From: Fidelibacterota bacterium UBA2125
GTDB taxonomy: Bacteria; Fidelibacterota; Marinisomatia; Marinisomatales; S15-B10
DNA length: 50,613 bases
NCBI GenBank assembly: GCA_002329125.1
Contig: DCXX01000150.1
Span: 1 to 50,613, forward strand
Direction of reading: 5' to 3'
The notes beneath the pieces are model-generated. The model saw nothing but the letters and a program-made list of their open reading frames with translations, was not told where the DNA came from and made no database searches. Below, piece after piece: positions 7,733 through 17,765 of this stretch. How positions within the stretch are numbered: position 1 is the stretch's first letter; every line of letters begins with the position of its first letter. The position numbers were made by a program, and so were the translations under genes.

Positions 7733-9608
7733 AAAAACCACAATTCTGGACAGGGTCCATTCACCGGCTGATCTGAAGAAACTGGATCGCCAGGAGATCG
7801 ACCAGCTGTGTGATGATGTTCGCCAGCACATCATTGATGTGGTAGAGGAGAAGGGGGGACATTTTTCTTCACCTTTAGGTGTCGTGGATCTTACCGTGGC
7901 TCTTCATAAGGTTTTTGATACTCCCAAAGATCTGCTTATCTGGGATGTGGGTCACCAGTGCTATGCCCACAAGATTGTCACGGGCCGCCGGGACAATTTC
8001 CACACTTTGCGCCAGTATGACGGCATTAGCGGTTTTTGTAAACGTGACGAAAGTGAATATGATATTTTTGGCGCCGGTCACGCCAGCACCTCCATTTCCG
8101 CCGCTCTCGGCATGGCACGAGCCCGGGACCTGAAAGGAGAAAAACAGTGCGTCGTTGCAATAATCGGTGATGGAGCCATGACAGGTGGTCTTGCCTATGA
8201 AGGTATGAATAATGCTGGTGTACTCCCGAGCCAGTTTTTGATCGTGGTAAACGATAACAAAATGTCCATTTCACATACGGTAGGTGCACTGTCCCATTAC
8301 CTCACTAAAATGGTGACAAACCCGCTGTACAACCGTGTCAGGGATAAGATATGGGAATTGACAGGGATACTTCCGGGAATCTCCAAAAAAGTTGTTCGCC
8401 GGACAGCTCATTCAATCCAGGAAGGTATTAAACATCTTCTCGTACCGGGAATGATTTTCGAGGAACTGGGGCTTAGATATTTTGGTCCTATTGATGGTCA
8501 CAATATGGATGAAATGATAGAGACCTTTGAGAATCTGAAAAGTGCTTCATTTCCGGCCGTTGTCCATGTTTTGACACGTAAAGGTGTCGGCAAAGAAAAA
8601 GCGGAAACTGATCCGCTAAAATATTACTCCCTTTCCGGTAACGGGGACGGTCAGGCCCAAGAGTCCATTGCGCCGGACTACAGCAAAGTGTTCGGTTCTA
8701 TCGCCTGTCAGCTTGCTGAAGAAGATAAAGATGTCGTTTGTGTGGTGGCTGCCATGCGGGAAGGGACAGGCCTCGTTCCGTTTGCTGAAAAACACCCGGA
8801 TCGTTTCTTTGATGGCGGCATCGCCGAAGGCCACGCCGTTACATTTGCCGGTGGTCTGGCTGCATCGGGGATGAAGCCTATTGTAGCCATCTATTCCACC
8901 TTTTTGCAGCGCAGTTATGATATGATTGTTCACGACATAGCCCTTCAGAAACTACCTGTCCTTTTCTGTCTGGACAGAGGAGGTGTTGTGGGACCTGACG
9001 GCCCCACCCATCACGGTGTGTTTGACCTCTCTTTTCTCAGATCAATACCGGGTATAGCCCTGGCGGCACCGAAAGACGGTAATGAACTGCGGAATCTGAT
9101 GTACACAGGATTGAATCACTGGAAAGGTCCTTTTGTGGTGCGCTACCCGAAAGCGACATCCTTGGTTTTCGATGAATCGTTGGCGCCTGAGGCAGTTGAA
9201 GTGGGAACGTGGGAAGTTTTGAAGGAAGGAAACGACCTGGTAATCCTGGCTGTTGGTAGCATGGTTCCTGAAGCACAACATGCCGTTGAAAAACAGAACC
9301 TGGATGTTCAACTTGTGAACGCCCGTTTTGTTAAACCCTTAGATGAAAAAATGCTGGATGAGATAAGTCGACAGTTTTCAACAGTTGTCACCATTGAAGA
9401 AGGTTCTCTGGAAGGTGGTTTTGGACCAGCGGTCCTGTATGCATTGAATGAAAGAAATTTTGGTGGGAAAGTGCATCATCTGGGAATTCCTGATGAGTTT
9501 GTGGAACATGGTGATCGGCGACGGCTGTTGAACGACCTCGGCCTCACCTCGGAGAGGATTGCCGAAACTGTATCAAAACTGGTGACTTCAACCACTTTTT
9601 CTCAGTAG
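7725..9608 (+). CDS. dxs: 1-deoxy-D-xylulose-5-phosphate synthase
   Basis: WDVGHQCYAHK, GHASTSISA, TPP motif GDGAMTGG...NDN, IAEGHA, YSTFLQR, DGPTHHG. Confidence 0.97.
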   Translation: MPEKTTILDRVHSPADLKKLDRQEIDQLCDDVRQHIIDVVEEKGGHFSSPLGVVDLTVALHKVFDTPKDLLIWDVGHQCYAHKIVTGRRDNFHTLRQYDGISGFCKRDESEYDIFGAGHASTSISAALGMARARDLKGEKQCVVAIIGDGAMTGGLAYEGMNNAGVLPSQFLIVVNDNKMSISHTVGALSHYLTKMVTNPLYNRVRDKIWELTGILPGISKKVVRRTAHSIQEGIKHLLVPGMIFEELGLRYFGPIDGHNMDEMIETFENLKSASFPAVVHVLTRKGVGKEKAETDPLKYYSLSGNGDGQAQESIAPDYSKVFGSIACQLAEEDKDVVCVVAAMREGTGLVPFAEKHPDRFFDGGIAEGHAVTFAGGLAASGMKPIVAIYSTFLQRSYDMIVHDIALQKLPVLFCLDRGGVVGPDGPTHHGVFDLSFLRSIPGIALAAPKDGNELRNLMYTGLNHWKGPFVVRYPKATSLVFDESLAPEAVEVGTWEVLKEGNDLVILAVGSMVPEAQHAVEKQNLDVQLVNARFVKPLDEKMLDEISRQFSTVVTIEEGSLEGGFGPAVLYALNERNFGGKVHHLGIPDEFVEHGDRRRLLNDLGLTSERIAETVSKLVTSTTFSQ

Positions 9609-9625
9609 TCTGAACGGAGCATAGA

Positions 9626-11347
9626 ATGAATTCAGCACTCCTTGCCGTAATCGGTTTGTCGACCTTCTATTTGGGTTACCGTTTCTATTCCAGTTGGATC
9701 TCTAACAAGATTTACAAGACTGATCCCGACCTAAAAGTACCTGCCCATGAACTGAGGGACAACGTGGATTTCGTTCCTACGAAAAAGCACATCCTTTTTG
9801 GTCACCATTTCACCTCCATCGCCGGTGCTGCGCCCATTGTCGGTCCCTGTGTGGCTGCCTACTGGGGGTGGCTGCCCGCCTGCCTCTGGATTATCCTCGG
9901 AACCGTTTTTATGGGTGCTGTTCATGACTTTGGTGCACTGGTGGTGAGCGTTCGTGAAAAGGGGCGGAGCATTGCTGATGTAAGTAGCAAGATTATGAGT
10001 GATAATGCCCGCATTATGTTCCTTCTTTTTGTTTTGATGCTTGTTTGGCTTGTACTGGCTGTTTTTGCAATGGTCATTGCCGATCTTTTTGTGGTTGTTC
10101 CCAGCGCTGTGCTTCCTATCAATATTGAGATTATACTGGCAATCGGGGTCGGTTGGCTCATTTATAAAAAAGGTGTAGATGCACTTGGCCCCTCCCTTGT
10201 TGCTTTGTTATTGCTCTACTTTTTTATCTGGGTAGGAACAAAGACACCCTTAAGTTTTGAGAGCCTGGGCATGTCACGGGCCGAAGCGTCTACTACCTGG
10301 GTTGTCTTGCTGTTTACCTACTCGGCTATTGCAAGTCTTTTGCCTGTCTGGTTCCTCCTTCAGCCGAGAGACTACATTAACAGCCACCAGCTTCTTGTCG
10401 GGCTTGGATTACTTTATGCAGGAATTTTTTATGCCCGGCCCCTCATTGAGGCGCCGGCCGTCAGGTTGGCGGTGGATCACGGCGCACCATCTATGATTCC
10501 TCTTTTGTTTGTTACTATTGCCTGTGGTGCCATCAGTGGTTTTCACGGTCTTGTCGCTTCCGGTACCACCTCCAAGCAAGTGAACCGTGTGAACGATATA
10601 CGCCTCATTGGCTACGGTGGTATGCTGGGGGAGGGGACCCTGGCCTTGGCATCCATGATCGCGGCGGTGGCGGGAATTTCCCTCGTGGCTGCCTGTACGC
10701 TCCCTTCTCAGGGACAGGTTGAGAATCTGTCCTGGGCCGTTTATTATGATAGCTGGGCCCATGCCAGTGGTAACAAGGCGTCAGCTTTTGTTCTGGGCGG
10801 AGGTGCTCTCATTCAGGAATTGGGTGTTCCGGCCGAGCTGGCTAAAACTCTAATGGCAGTCCTGGTTATTTCATTTGCCGCCACAACTCTGGATACTGCC
10901 ACACGTATTCAACGGTTTGTCCTTTCTGAACTTGGTAGTGCCGTGAATATAAAACTGCTCACAAACCGGTATATTGCAACAGCTGTTGCTGTTCTGCCGG
11001 CCCTTGCTTTAACTCTGTGGAATGTGAACGATCCGTCCACCGGTGCGGCCAGACAAGCGGGATGGGTGCTGTGGCCCATATTTGGCGCCAGTAACCAGAT
11101 GCTGGCTGGATTGACACTAATGGTGGTAACACTCTACTTCTGGCAGCTTAAAAGACCAGTTTTGCCTGTACTTATTCCCATGATCTTTGTCATGACAGCA
11201 ACACTTGTGTCTATAGTTATAAAGACAACAGATTTTTTTGCAAACAACTGGCTTCTTTTCGGCCTAAATCTGTTTCTGATTGTCCTTTTTGTCTGGATGA
11301 TCTATGAAGGAGTTCAGACTGTAACCAGAAGCCGGGTGACGGGATAA
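9626..11347 (+). CDS. cstA: Carbon starvation protein A family transporter
   Basis: GHHFTSIAGAAPIVGP, LLQPRDY, TIACGAISGFH, WPIFGASNQ; many TM helices. Confidence 0.93.
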   Translation: MNSALLAVIGLSTFYLGYRFYSSWISNKIYKTDPDLKVPAHELRDNVDFVPTKKHILFGHHFTSIAGAAPIVGPCVAAYWGWLPACLWIILGTVFMGAVHDFGALVVSVREKGRSIADVSSKIMSDNARIMFLLFVLMLVWLVLAVFAMVIADLFVVVPSAVLPINIEIILAIGVGWLIYKKGVDALGPSLVALLLLYFFIWVGTKTPLSFESLGMSRAEASTTWVVLLFTYSAIASLLPVWFLLQPRDYINSHQLLVGLGLLYAGIFYARPLIEAPAVRLAVDHGAPSMIPLLFVTIACGAISGFHGLVASGTTSKQVNRVNDIRLIGYGGMLGEGTLALASMIAAVAGISLVAACTLPSQGQVENLSWAVYYDSWAHASGNKASAFVLGGGALIQELGVPAELAKTLMAVLVISFAATTLDTATRIQRFVLSELGSAVNIKLLTNRYIATAVAVLPALALTLWNVNDPSTGAARQAGWVLWPIFGASNQMLAGLTLMVVTLYFWQLKRPVLPVLIPMIFVMTATLVSIVIKTTDFFANNWLLFGLNLFLIVLFVWMIYEGVQTVTRSRVTG

Positions 11348-11353
11348 ACTGAA

Positions 11354-13024
11354 ATGTCTTCAAACGGGAAACAGCAACTGGATCTTTTCTCTGATTCTGA
11401 AGCACTGTGGAAGAAAGAATCCTCTTCCGATGGTGAACGCAAATACAACTTTGAAACCGTCAGCGGCGAAAAAGTAGACCTTCTCTATTATCCCGAAAAG
11501 CCCAACGGTGAATTCATGGAAAAGATAAGCTTTCCAGGGCAATACCCTTACACAAGGGGTATCCATGCCAACATGTACCGCGGAAAATTGTGGACCATGC
11601 GTCAATTCTCAGGTTTTGGCACCCCCAAAGAGACAAATGAACGTTATCATTTTCTCATGAAAGAAGGGCAAATGGGTCTTTCCGTGGCTTATGATATGCC
11701 TACCCTTATGGGTTACGATGCGGACCACCCTATTTCCGAAGGTGAGGTGGGAAAGTGCGGTGTCTCCGTCTGTTCCCTCAAAGATATGGAAATGCTATTT
11801 CACGGTATCAATCTTGGTGATGTGAGTGTTTCACAGACCATTAACGGCCCTTCTATCGTTTTGCTGGCCCTCTATATTGCTGTTGCTGAAGGACAGGGAG
11901 TCCCTTTAAAGGATTTGAGAGGAACGCTTCAAAATGACATCCTGAAGGAATTTATTGCTCAGAAAGAGTGGATCTACCCGCCCAGAGATCACATGAGGAT
12001 TATTACCGATATCATTGAATTTTGTACCGATGAGATGCCACAGTTCAACACCGTTTCCATCAGCGGCTACCACATCCGGGAGGCTGGCTCCACTGCCGCC
12101 CAGGAACTGGCGTTTACACTGCTGGATGGATTCTGTTATGTGGAGCATGCAATAGAGCGCGGTATTGATATTGACAAATTCGCACCGAGACTCTCTTTCT
12201 TTTTCAACTCCCACCTCGACTTTTTGGAAGAGATCGCCAAATTTCGGGCTGCCAGACGTATCTGGGCGCGGCATATGAAAGATAAGTACCTTGCAAAAGA
12301 TCCCCGTTCCTGGAAATTGCGGTTCCACACACAAACAGCCGGTTGCAGCCTCACGGCCCAGCAGCCGGAGATCAATATTGCCCGTACAGCTTTCCAGGCC
12401 ATGGCCGGCGTCCTGGGTGGGACACAGTCCCTCCACACTAACTCCATGGATGAGACGTTGGCCTTGCCGTCAAAGAAAGCCGCCGAGATTGCATTGCGAA
12501 CACAACAAATTATTGCCTATGAAACGGGCGTGTCTAATGTTGTCGATCCGCTGGGAGGGTCGTGGTACATCGAATCACTTACGGATAAACTTGAGAAAGA
12601 GGCGGAAGATTACTTTGAAAAAGTAAAAAAAATAGGTGGCGTCATTCCCGCACTTGAGGAAGGTTTCTTTCAGCGTGAGATTGCTAGGTCAGCCTTTGAA
12701 TATGAGAAAAAGATTAATGAAAATAGTCGTATAGTGGTGGGGGTGAATGATTTCGTTAAGGAGGATGAGGAGATAGAAATTCCTCTCATGGAGATCGGTT
12801 TGGAGGCTGAAGAAAAACAGAAGAAAAAATTGACCGAGCTCCGGGATAGCCGCAATCAGAAGAAAGTTGATGCTGCGCTCAAACGAGTAGAGGAGACATC
12901 TCGAGATGGATCAAACCTGGTTCCTCCCATTGTGGCAGCGGCGAAGGAAATGGCCACCATGGGAGAAATCGTTGATGCCATGAAGACAGTTTTTGGAGAA
13001 TGGACAGAAACACCTGTAGTTTGA
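11354..13024 (+). CDS. B12-dependent acyl-CoA mutase large (substrate-binding) subunit, methylmalonyl-CoA mutase family, with isobutyryl-CoA-mutase-type residues
   Basis: YPYTRG, WTMRQFSGFG, QNDILKEFIAQKEW, ISGYHIREAG, GGTQSLHTN. No C-terminal B12-binding DxHxxG domain. Confidence 0.9.
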   Translation: MSSNGKQQLDLFSDSEALWKKESSSDGERKYNFETVSGEKVDLLYYPEKPNGEFMEKISFPGQYPYTRGIHANMYRGKLWTMRQFSGFGTPKETNERYHFLMKEGQMGLSVAYDMPTLMGYDADHPISEGEVGKCGVSVCSLKDMEMLFHGINLGDVSVSQTINGPSIVLLALYIAVAEGQGVPLKDLRGTLQNDILKEFIAQKEWIYPPRDHMRIITDIIEFCTDEMPQFNTVSISGYHIREAGSTAAQELAFTLLDGFCYVEHAIERGIDIDKFAPRLSFFFNSHLDFLEEIAKFRAARRIWARHMKDKYLAKDPRSWKLRFHTQTAGCSLTAQQPEINIARTAFQAMAGVLGGTQSLHTNSMDETLALPSKKAAEIALRTQQIIAYETGVSNVVDPLGGSWYIESLTDKLEKEAEDYFEKVKKIGGVIPALEEGFFQREIARSAFEYEKKINENSRIVVGVNDFVKEDEEIEIPLMEIGLEAEEKQKKKLTELRDSRNQKKVDAALKRVEETSRDGSNLVPPIVAAAKEMATMGEIVDAMKTVFGEWTETPVV

Positions 13025-13035
13025 AAGGGTGAAGA

Positions 13036-13440
13036 ATGAACAAGAAGTTCCTAGTTGTGATTGTGGCCGTTGCCTTACTTATGATCGTCTGGGTTGGTTT
13101 AGGTTTTGAAGGGAATGAACTTCCTTATGTTACTATTCGGGAATTGACGACCAATTATGAAAAAAAACCGGGGAAACGTTTCCGATTGGGCGGGAATGTG
13201 AAGGAAGGTTCAATTCTTCATAATGAGGATGACCTTCTTGCCCTTTCTTTTGTTCTGATGCAGGAAGGCAATGAACTGCCTGTCAGTTATCACAAGATCG
13301 TTCCTGATATGTTCAAGGATGGTTCTGAAGTGGTTGTGGAAGGCATTTACGATGGTGAATATTTCCATGCGGACAACCTGATGACAAAGTGTGCTTCCCG
13401 CTATGAAGGCGACCTTCGGGACATGGAAACATTTCTTTAG
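13036..13440 (+). CDS. ccmE: Cytochrome c maturation heme chaperone CcmE (CxxxY variant)
   Basis: N-terminal TM, RLGGNVKEGS, PDMFKDGSEVVVEG, MTKCASRY. Confidence 0.92.
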   Translation: MNKKFLVVIVAVALLMIVWVGLGFEGNELPYVTIRELTTNYEKKPGKRFRLGGNVKEGSILHNEDDLLALSFVLMQEGNELPVSYHKIVPDMFKDGSEVVVEGIYDGEYFHADNLMTKCASRYEGDLRDMETFL

Positions 13441-13470
13441 CCCTGTTCGTTAACCCTATTCCATAAAGCA

Positions 13471-15444
13471 ATGCCTGTTTACGGTGCCTCACTCCTCAGT
13501 ATCAGTCTCGGTTTAGCTGTACTTACAATTTTTCTTCTCGTCCTTTTCTTACGCAGGAATGATGACAGATTTTTCTTTGTGGCCCAAAGAACAAGCCTTA
13601 GTGTCTGCTTTCTTGTGACTTTGGCCACGGTGACGCTGTTGGCGAGCCTCGTAAAGGGTGACTTTGATGTTGACTATGTAGCGAGATATACCAGCTTGGG
13701 GACACCTACACTGTACAAGTTTACAGCAATATGGGCGGGGCAATCGGGATCGCTCCTTTTCTGGCTTTTCGTTCTTTGTTGCTACTCGGCAGTGGTTTTA
13801 CTCCAAAACAGGAACAGGCATGAGAAGCTCATGCCTTACGTCATCATGACCCTGGCCGTTGTCCAGACCTTTTTTTTGCTTCTGGTAAACTTTGTAGCCA
13901 ACCCCTTTTCACCGGTAGAGGCCAACTTTCCGGTTCACGATGGGCTTGGACTCAATCCTCTTTTGCAGAATCCTACCATGGCTATTCACCCGCCCATGCT
14001 CTATCTGGGTTATGTCGGTTTTTCTGTTCCCTTTGCTTTTGCTATAGCAGCTCTTTTTTCTCGGCAATTGGATGCGGTCTGGGTCCGGAGTATCCGCCGG
14101 TGGACGCTGTTTACCTGGTTGGCTCTGGGGCTTGGAATTCTCCTGGGCGGCTGGTGGGCTTATAATGAGCTGGGATGGGGCGGCTACTGGGCTTGGGATC
14201 CTGTTGAAAATGCCTCCTTCATGCCGTGGTTGACTGGTACCGCCTTCATTCACAGCATTATTATTCAGGAAAAGAAAAATATGCTGAAAGTGTGGAATAT
14301 GATCCTCATTTTCGTGACGTTTGTACTCTGCATATTTGGGACATTTCTAACACGAAGTGGAATAGTTTCTTCAGTCCACTCCTTTACAGAATCTTCCCTG
14401 GGGCCCATGTTTCTTACGTTCGTCTTCCTGATTCTGGCGGTAAGTATTTATCTGCTTCTCACAAGACTTGATGATCTGAAAACTGAGAGGCGACTGGAAT
14501 CATTTATTTCCAGAGAGAGCGGTTTTCTTTTTAACAACGTTATCTTTGTGAGTATCTGTTTTGCCGTTCTATGGGGAACCATGTTTCCAATAGTTTCAGA
14601 AGCAGTCACAGGGACGCAGATCACTGTGGGAGCGCCTTTTTTTAATCAGATCACCATTCCCATTGGCCTTATACTACTTTTTCTTGCGGGCATCGGCCCC
14701 CTGTTGGCATGGCGGAGAACTTCTAAAGAGAGTTTGATCAGGAACTTTTCCATTCCTGTTCTCACAGGTCTTGGGACAGTTGTTGTGGTCATGGGTTTTG
14801 GTCTAAGGACTATTTATCCTCTGGTGACGGTATTTCTCACAGCCTTTGTTACCGCCACTGTAGTTCTTGAATTTTGGAGGGGTGTCACTGTTAGGACAAG
14901 AAAATTTGGCGAAAACCCCTTTATTGCTCTTTTGAAAATGATCTCCAAGAACCGGTCACGTTACGGTGGTTACATTGTTCATATGGGAATCGTCTTCATG
15001 TTTGTGGGATTTATCGGCAAAGCTTTTGATAAAGATAAGGAATGGAGCATGTTAGTGGGAGACGAAGTTCATATTGCAGGGTATGATATTGTTCTTACGG
15101 ATTTGAATGAGGAGGAGAGGCCTAACCACTTCGCCTGGATTGCGACGCTAGATGTGGTCAAAGAGGGAAAAGATGTGGTGTCACTACATCCTGAGAAACG
15201 TATCTATTTTCACCGCAATCCCAATCCCGACAGGCGGCAGCCCCACAGCGAACTTTCTCTTTACTCCACGTGGCGGGAGGATGTCTATTCTGTCTTTGGT
15301 GGAATTGACCAGGATAAGGGATTGCTTACCATCAAGATCATGGTAAACCGCCTGGTACGTTTTGTCTGGTTGGGTAGCTATTTGCTTCTTTTCGGTACTG
15401 TTATTTCCCTTTGGCCCAGCCGCGGATTTGTTAAAGGAGCCTGA
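13471..15444 (+). CDS. ccmF: Heme lyase CcmF
   Basis: WAGQSGSLLFW, GLNPLLQ, IHPPMLY, WGGYWAWDPVENAS, TRSG...SVHSF. Confidence 0.96.
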   Translation: MPVYGASLLSISLGLAVLTIFLLVLFLRRNDDRFFFVAQRTSLSVCFLVTLATVTLLASLVKGDFDVDYVARYTSLGTPTLYKFTAIWAGQSGSLLFWLFVLCCYSAVVLLQNRNRHEKLMPYVIMTLAVVQTFFLLLVNFVANPFSPVEANFPVHDGLGLNPLLQNPTMAIHPPMLYLGYVGFSVPFAFAIAALFSRQLDAVWVRSIRRWTLFTWLALGLGILLGGWWAYNELGWGGYWAWDPVENASFMPWLTGTAFIHSIIIQEKKNMLKVWNMILIFVTFVLCIFGTFLTRSGIVSSVHSFTESSLGPMFLTFVFLILAVSIYLLLTRLDDLKTERRLESFISRESGFLFNNVIFVSICFAVLWGTMFPIVSEAVTGTQITVGAPFFNQITIPIGLILLFLAGIGPLLAWRRTSKESLIRNFSIPVLTGLGTVVVVMGFGLRTIYPLVTVFLTAFVTATVVLEFWRGVTVRTRKFGENPFIALLKMISKNRSRYGGYIVHMGIVFMFVGFIGKAFDKDKEWSMLVGDEVHIAGYDIVLTDLNEEERPNHFAWIATLDVVKEGKDVVSLHPEKRIYFHRNPNPDRRQPHSELSLYSTWREDVYSVFGGIDQDKGLLTIKIMVNRLVRFVWLGSYLLLFGTVISLWPSRGFVKGA

Positions 15445-15445
15445 G

Positions 15446-15724
15446 ATGTTCGCAACTATTATGACCGTTCTGACATTTGTTGTGGTACTTGTCTTTTCTG
15501 TACAGCCGCTTTTTGTCTCGAAAGGAAGGAGCAGGAGTAGTTATAAAATGACGGCTGAGGCTCTTGAATTGCGTAAACTTTCACTGTACGAGCAGATCAA
15601 GGAGTTAGAACTGGAGTATGAAATGGGAAGTATTTCTTCAGCTGATTTTCAACTTAACAGAAGCGAACTCAAGCGGGAAGTATCAACGGTGCTGGAAAAG
15701 ATGAATTCCATCAGTTTAGAATAA
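15446..15724 (+). CDS. Small membrane protein resembling the CcmI/CycH N-terminal segment
   Basis: ATG 15446 follows an AAGGAG RBS. One TM, then LYEQIKELELEYEMGSISSADF, resembling the CcmI ELExD..G.I pattern; lies inside the ccm operon. Confidence 0.65.
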   Translation: MFATIMTVLTFVVVLVFSVQPLFVSKGRSRSSYKMTAEALELRKLSLYEQIKELELEYEMGSISSADFQLNRSELKREVSTVLEKMNSISLE

Positions 15725-15739
15725 CTGATCCAACATTTA

Positions 15740-16423
15740 GTGCTTTCTATAAAAAATATAAATAAACAGTTTGGCCACAGGCCTGTGCTCAGGGATGTTT
15801 CCCTTGAAATCGGGGATGGTGAATTGCTCGGTTTGGTTGGTCCCAACGGCTCGGGAAAATCGACACTTTTGAGAATAGTGGTGAGAGTGGTGAGTTGTGA
15901 TGGTGGATCCATCTCATGGAACGGTAACTCAATTCTCAATGCCGGAGCAGACCAGCGTCGCCCCCTTCTTTATCTCGGTCATGAGCCAGGATTCTATCCA
16001 CCGCTTTCTGCCGCGGAGAATCTTCTCCTCATAGCAAAACTTTATGGTTTGGAACCATCGCCGGCGGATGTTGAAAAGAATCTGTCTGAAGTGGGACTTG
16101 ATCCCGCTAGAAGCGGACCCATCAGAGAGTTTTCCCGGGGTATGCTTCAGCGTTTGGCACTTGCGAAAACACTTACTATTCCGTGGGAGCTTCTTCTTCT
16201 GGATGAACCTACCACTGGCCTTGACAAACAAGGAAAATCAATGTTGTCACAACTGATAGAAACTTGGCGCAAGGATGATAGGTCACTCTTGCTCGTCTCT
16301 CATGATGAAGAGTGGCTCTCATCTCACTGTGACAGGATGGTTCAGTTGTCCAACGGCCGTATCCAGAGAAGTGAAGTAGACGGGGAAAAGTCGGTTCAGA
16401 CTGAATTGGTGGGAGAGGCTTAA
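15740..16423 (+). CDS. ccmA: Heme exporter ATP-binding protein CcmA
   Basis: Walker A GPNGSGKS, YLGHEPG, signature FSRGMLQR, LLLDEP; ccm context. Confidence 0.9.
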   Translation: MLSIKNINKQFGHRPVLRDVSLEIGDGELLGLVGPNGSGKSTLLRIVVRVVSCDGGSISWNGNSILNAGADQRRPLLYLGHEPGFYPPLSAAENLLLIAKLYGLEPSPADVEKNLSEVGLDPARSGPIREFSRGMLQRLALAKTLTIPWELLLLDEPTTGLDKQGKSMLSQLIETWRKDDRSLLLVSHDEEWLSSHCDRMVQLSNGRIQRSEVDGEKSVQTELVGEA

Positions 16424-17085
16424 TGCTGGCAGTCCTGGTTCGGAAAGATTTGCTGATAGAATTCAGGAGCCGGGAGATTCTGATCTCCATGATCACCTTT
16501 GGTGCGGCTATTACGTTGCTTTACGCCTTTTCTTTTCGACCTTCTCCTGAATCTATGCTGACATTCGCACCTGGATTGATGTGGATGGTCTTTCTTTTTG
16601 TCAGCGTTCTGGCGCTACACCGCTCCCACAGTCTTGAAAAAGAATTTGACGCTTTTTCCATGATTCTTTCTGCTCCCGTTGAAAGAAGTGTTCTTTTTAT
16701 TAGCAAGTATCTGAGCGGATTCATTTTCCTGGTTGTTGCCCAAATGGTTCTGTTGCCACTCTTTTTTCTTTTCCTTCAGCTACCGCTCCCGGCCAACCTT
16801 GCGCAGATGGTGGCTGTTTTTCTGCTTGTGGACTTGGGGATTAGTGCCGCCGGCAGCCTTCTTTCCGGTATAGTCATGCGGGTTCGGGTGAATGAGATGC
16901 TTTTGCCGCTAATGCTCTTTCCTATGGTGACGCCGCTTCTCATCAGCGCTGTAAAGAGCACTGCCTCCATCATGGACAGTCAACCGTTCAATCAGTGGAA
17001 ACTGTGGTTTCAGCTTATTTTGAGCTTCGTCATTGTTTTTAGTTTAATAGGTTATTTAATCTATGACTACGTGAGTGAGGAGTAA
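16423..17085 (+). CDS. ccmB: Heme exporter permease CcmB
   Basis: KDLLIEFRSRE start, about 6 TMs, LLPLMLFP motif; lies between ccmA and ccmC. Confidence 0.9.
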   Translation: MLAVLVRKDLLIEFRSREILISMITFGAAITLLYAFSFRPSPESMLTFAPGLMWMVFLFVSVLALHRSHSLEKEFDAFSMILSAPVERSVLFISKYLSGFIFLVVAQMVLLPLFFLFLQLPLPANLAQMVAVFLLVDLGISAAGSLLSGIVMRVRVNEMLLPLMLFPMVTPLLISAVKSTASIMDSQPFNQWKLWFQLILSFVIVFSLIGYLIYDYVSEE

Positions 17086-17765
17086 TGGAGTCGTTTCATT
17101 CCAGGCAAAGTTCAAAGGTCATGGCCGGCATTCTCGCTGTTTTTTGGGTTGTTGTACTCTATCTTGTCCTCAATGTAACACGGATCGACCCCGATCAGCA
17201 GATGGCTCAAAAGATTTTTTACTACCATGTGCCGTCTGCCTGGGTTGCGGGGCTTGGTTACCTTGTTGTTATGTTTGCGGGAGTCCTCTATCTTACTAAA
17301 AAAGATGAGAAGTGGGATCATCTAGGGCTGGCTGCGGCGGAACTGGGGACACTCTTTTGTGCTCTTGTTCTGATTACTGGGCCCATCTGGGCGAAACCCA
17401 TCTGGGGTGCTCCGTGGAGCTGGGAGCCACGTCTCACCACTGTACTCATTATGTTTCTCATTTATATAGGATACTTTATGGTACGCAATTTCGGTGATGA
17501 GGGGGAGCGGACTCGTAGAATATCAGCGGTCTTAGGCATTGCAGCATTTTTTAATGTTCCTATCATCTATGTTTCAGTAAAGTTTTGGGCTGCCGATGCC
17601 CAACTTCACCCGCAGCCAGCTATGAGCCAGCAGTCTCCTGATGTTTTCTGGACCTTTATGCTTTCACTTTTGGTTTTCACCCTGTTGTTTGTCCATCTAC
17701 TTCGTTTTAGAGTTCATATTCTGAAACTACGTTCTATAGTGCTGGGAATGCGATATGATGTATAA
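17085..17765 (+). CDS. ccmC: Heme exporter/heme delivery protein CcmC
   Basis: YYHVPSAW, WWD-like WAKPIWGAPWSWEPRLT, second His in QLHP. Confidence 0.92.
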   Translation: MESFHSRQSSKVMAGILAVFWVVVLYLVLNVTRIDPDQQMAQKIFYYHVPSAWVAGLGYLVVMFAGVLYLTKKDEKWDHLGLAAAELGTLFCALVLITGPIWAKPIWGAPWSWEPRLTTVLIMFLIYIGYFMVRNFGDEGERTRRISAVLGIAAFFNVPIIYVSVKFWAADAQLHPQPAMSQQSPDVFWTFMLSLLVFTLLFVHLLRFRVHILKLRSIVLGMRYDV

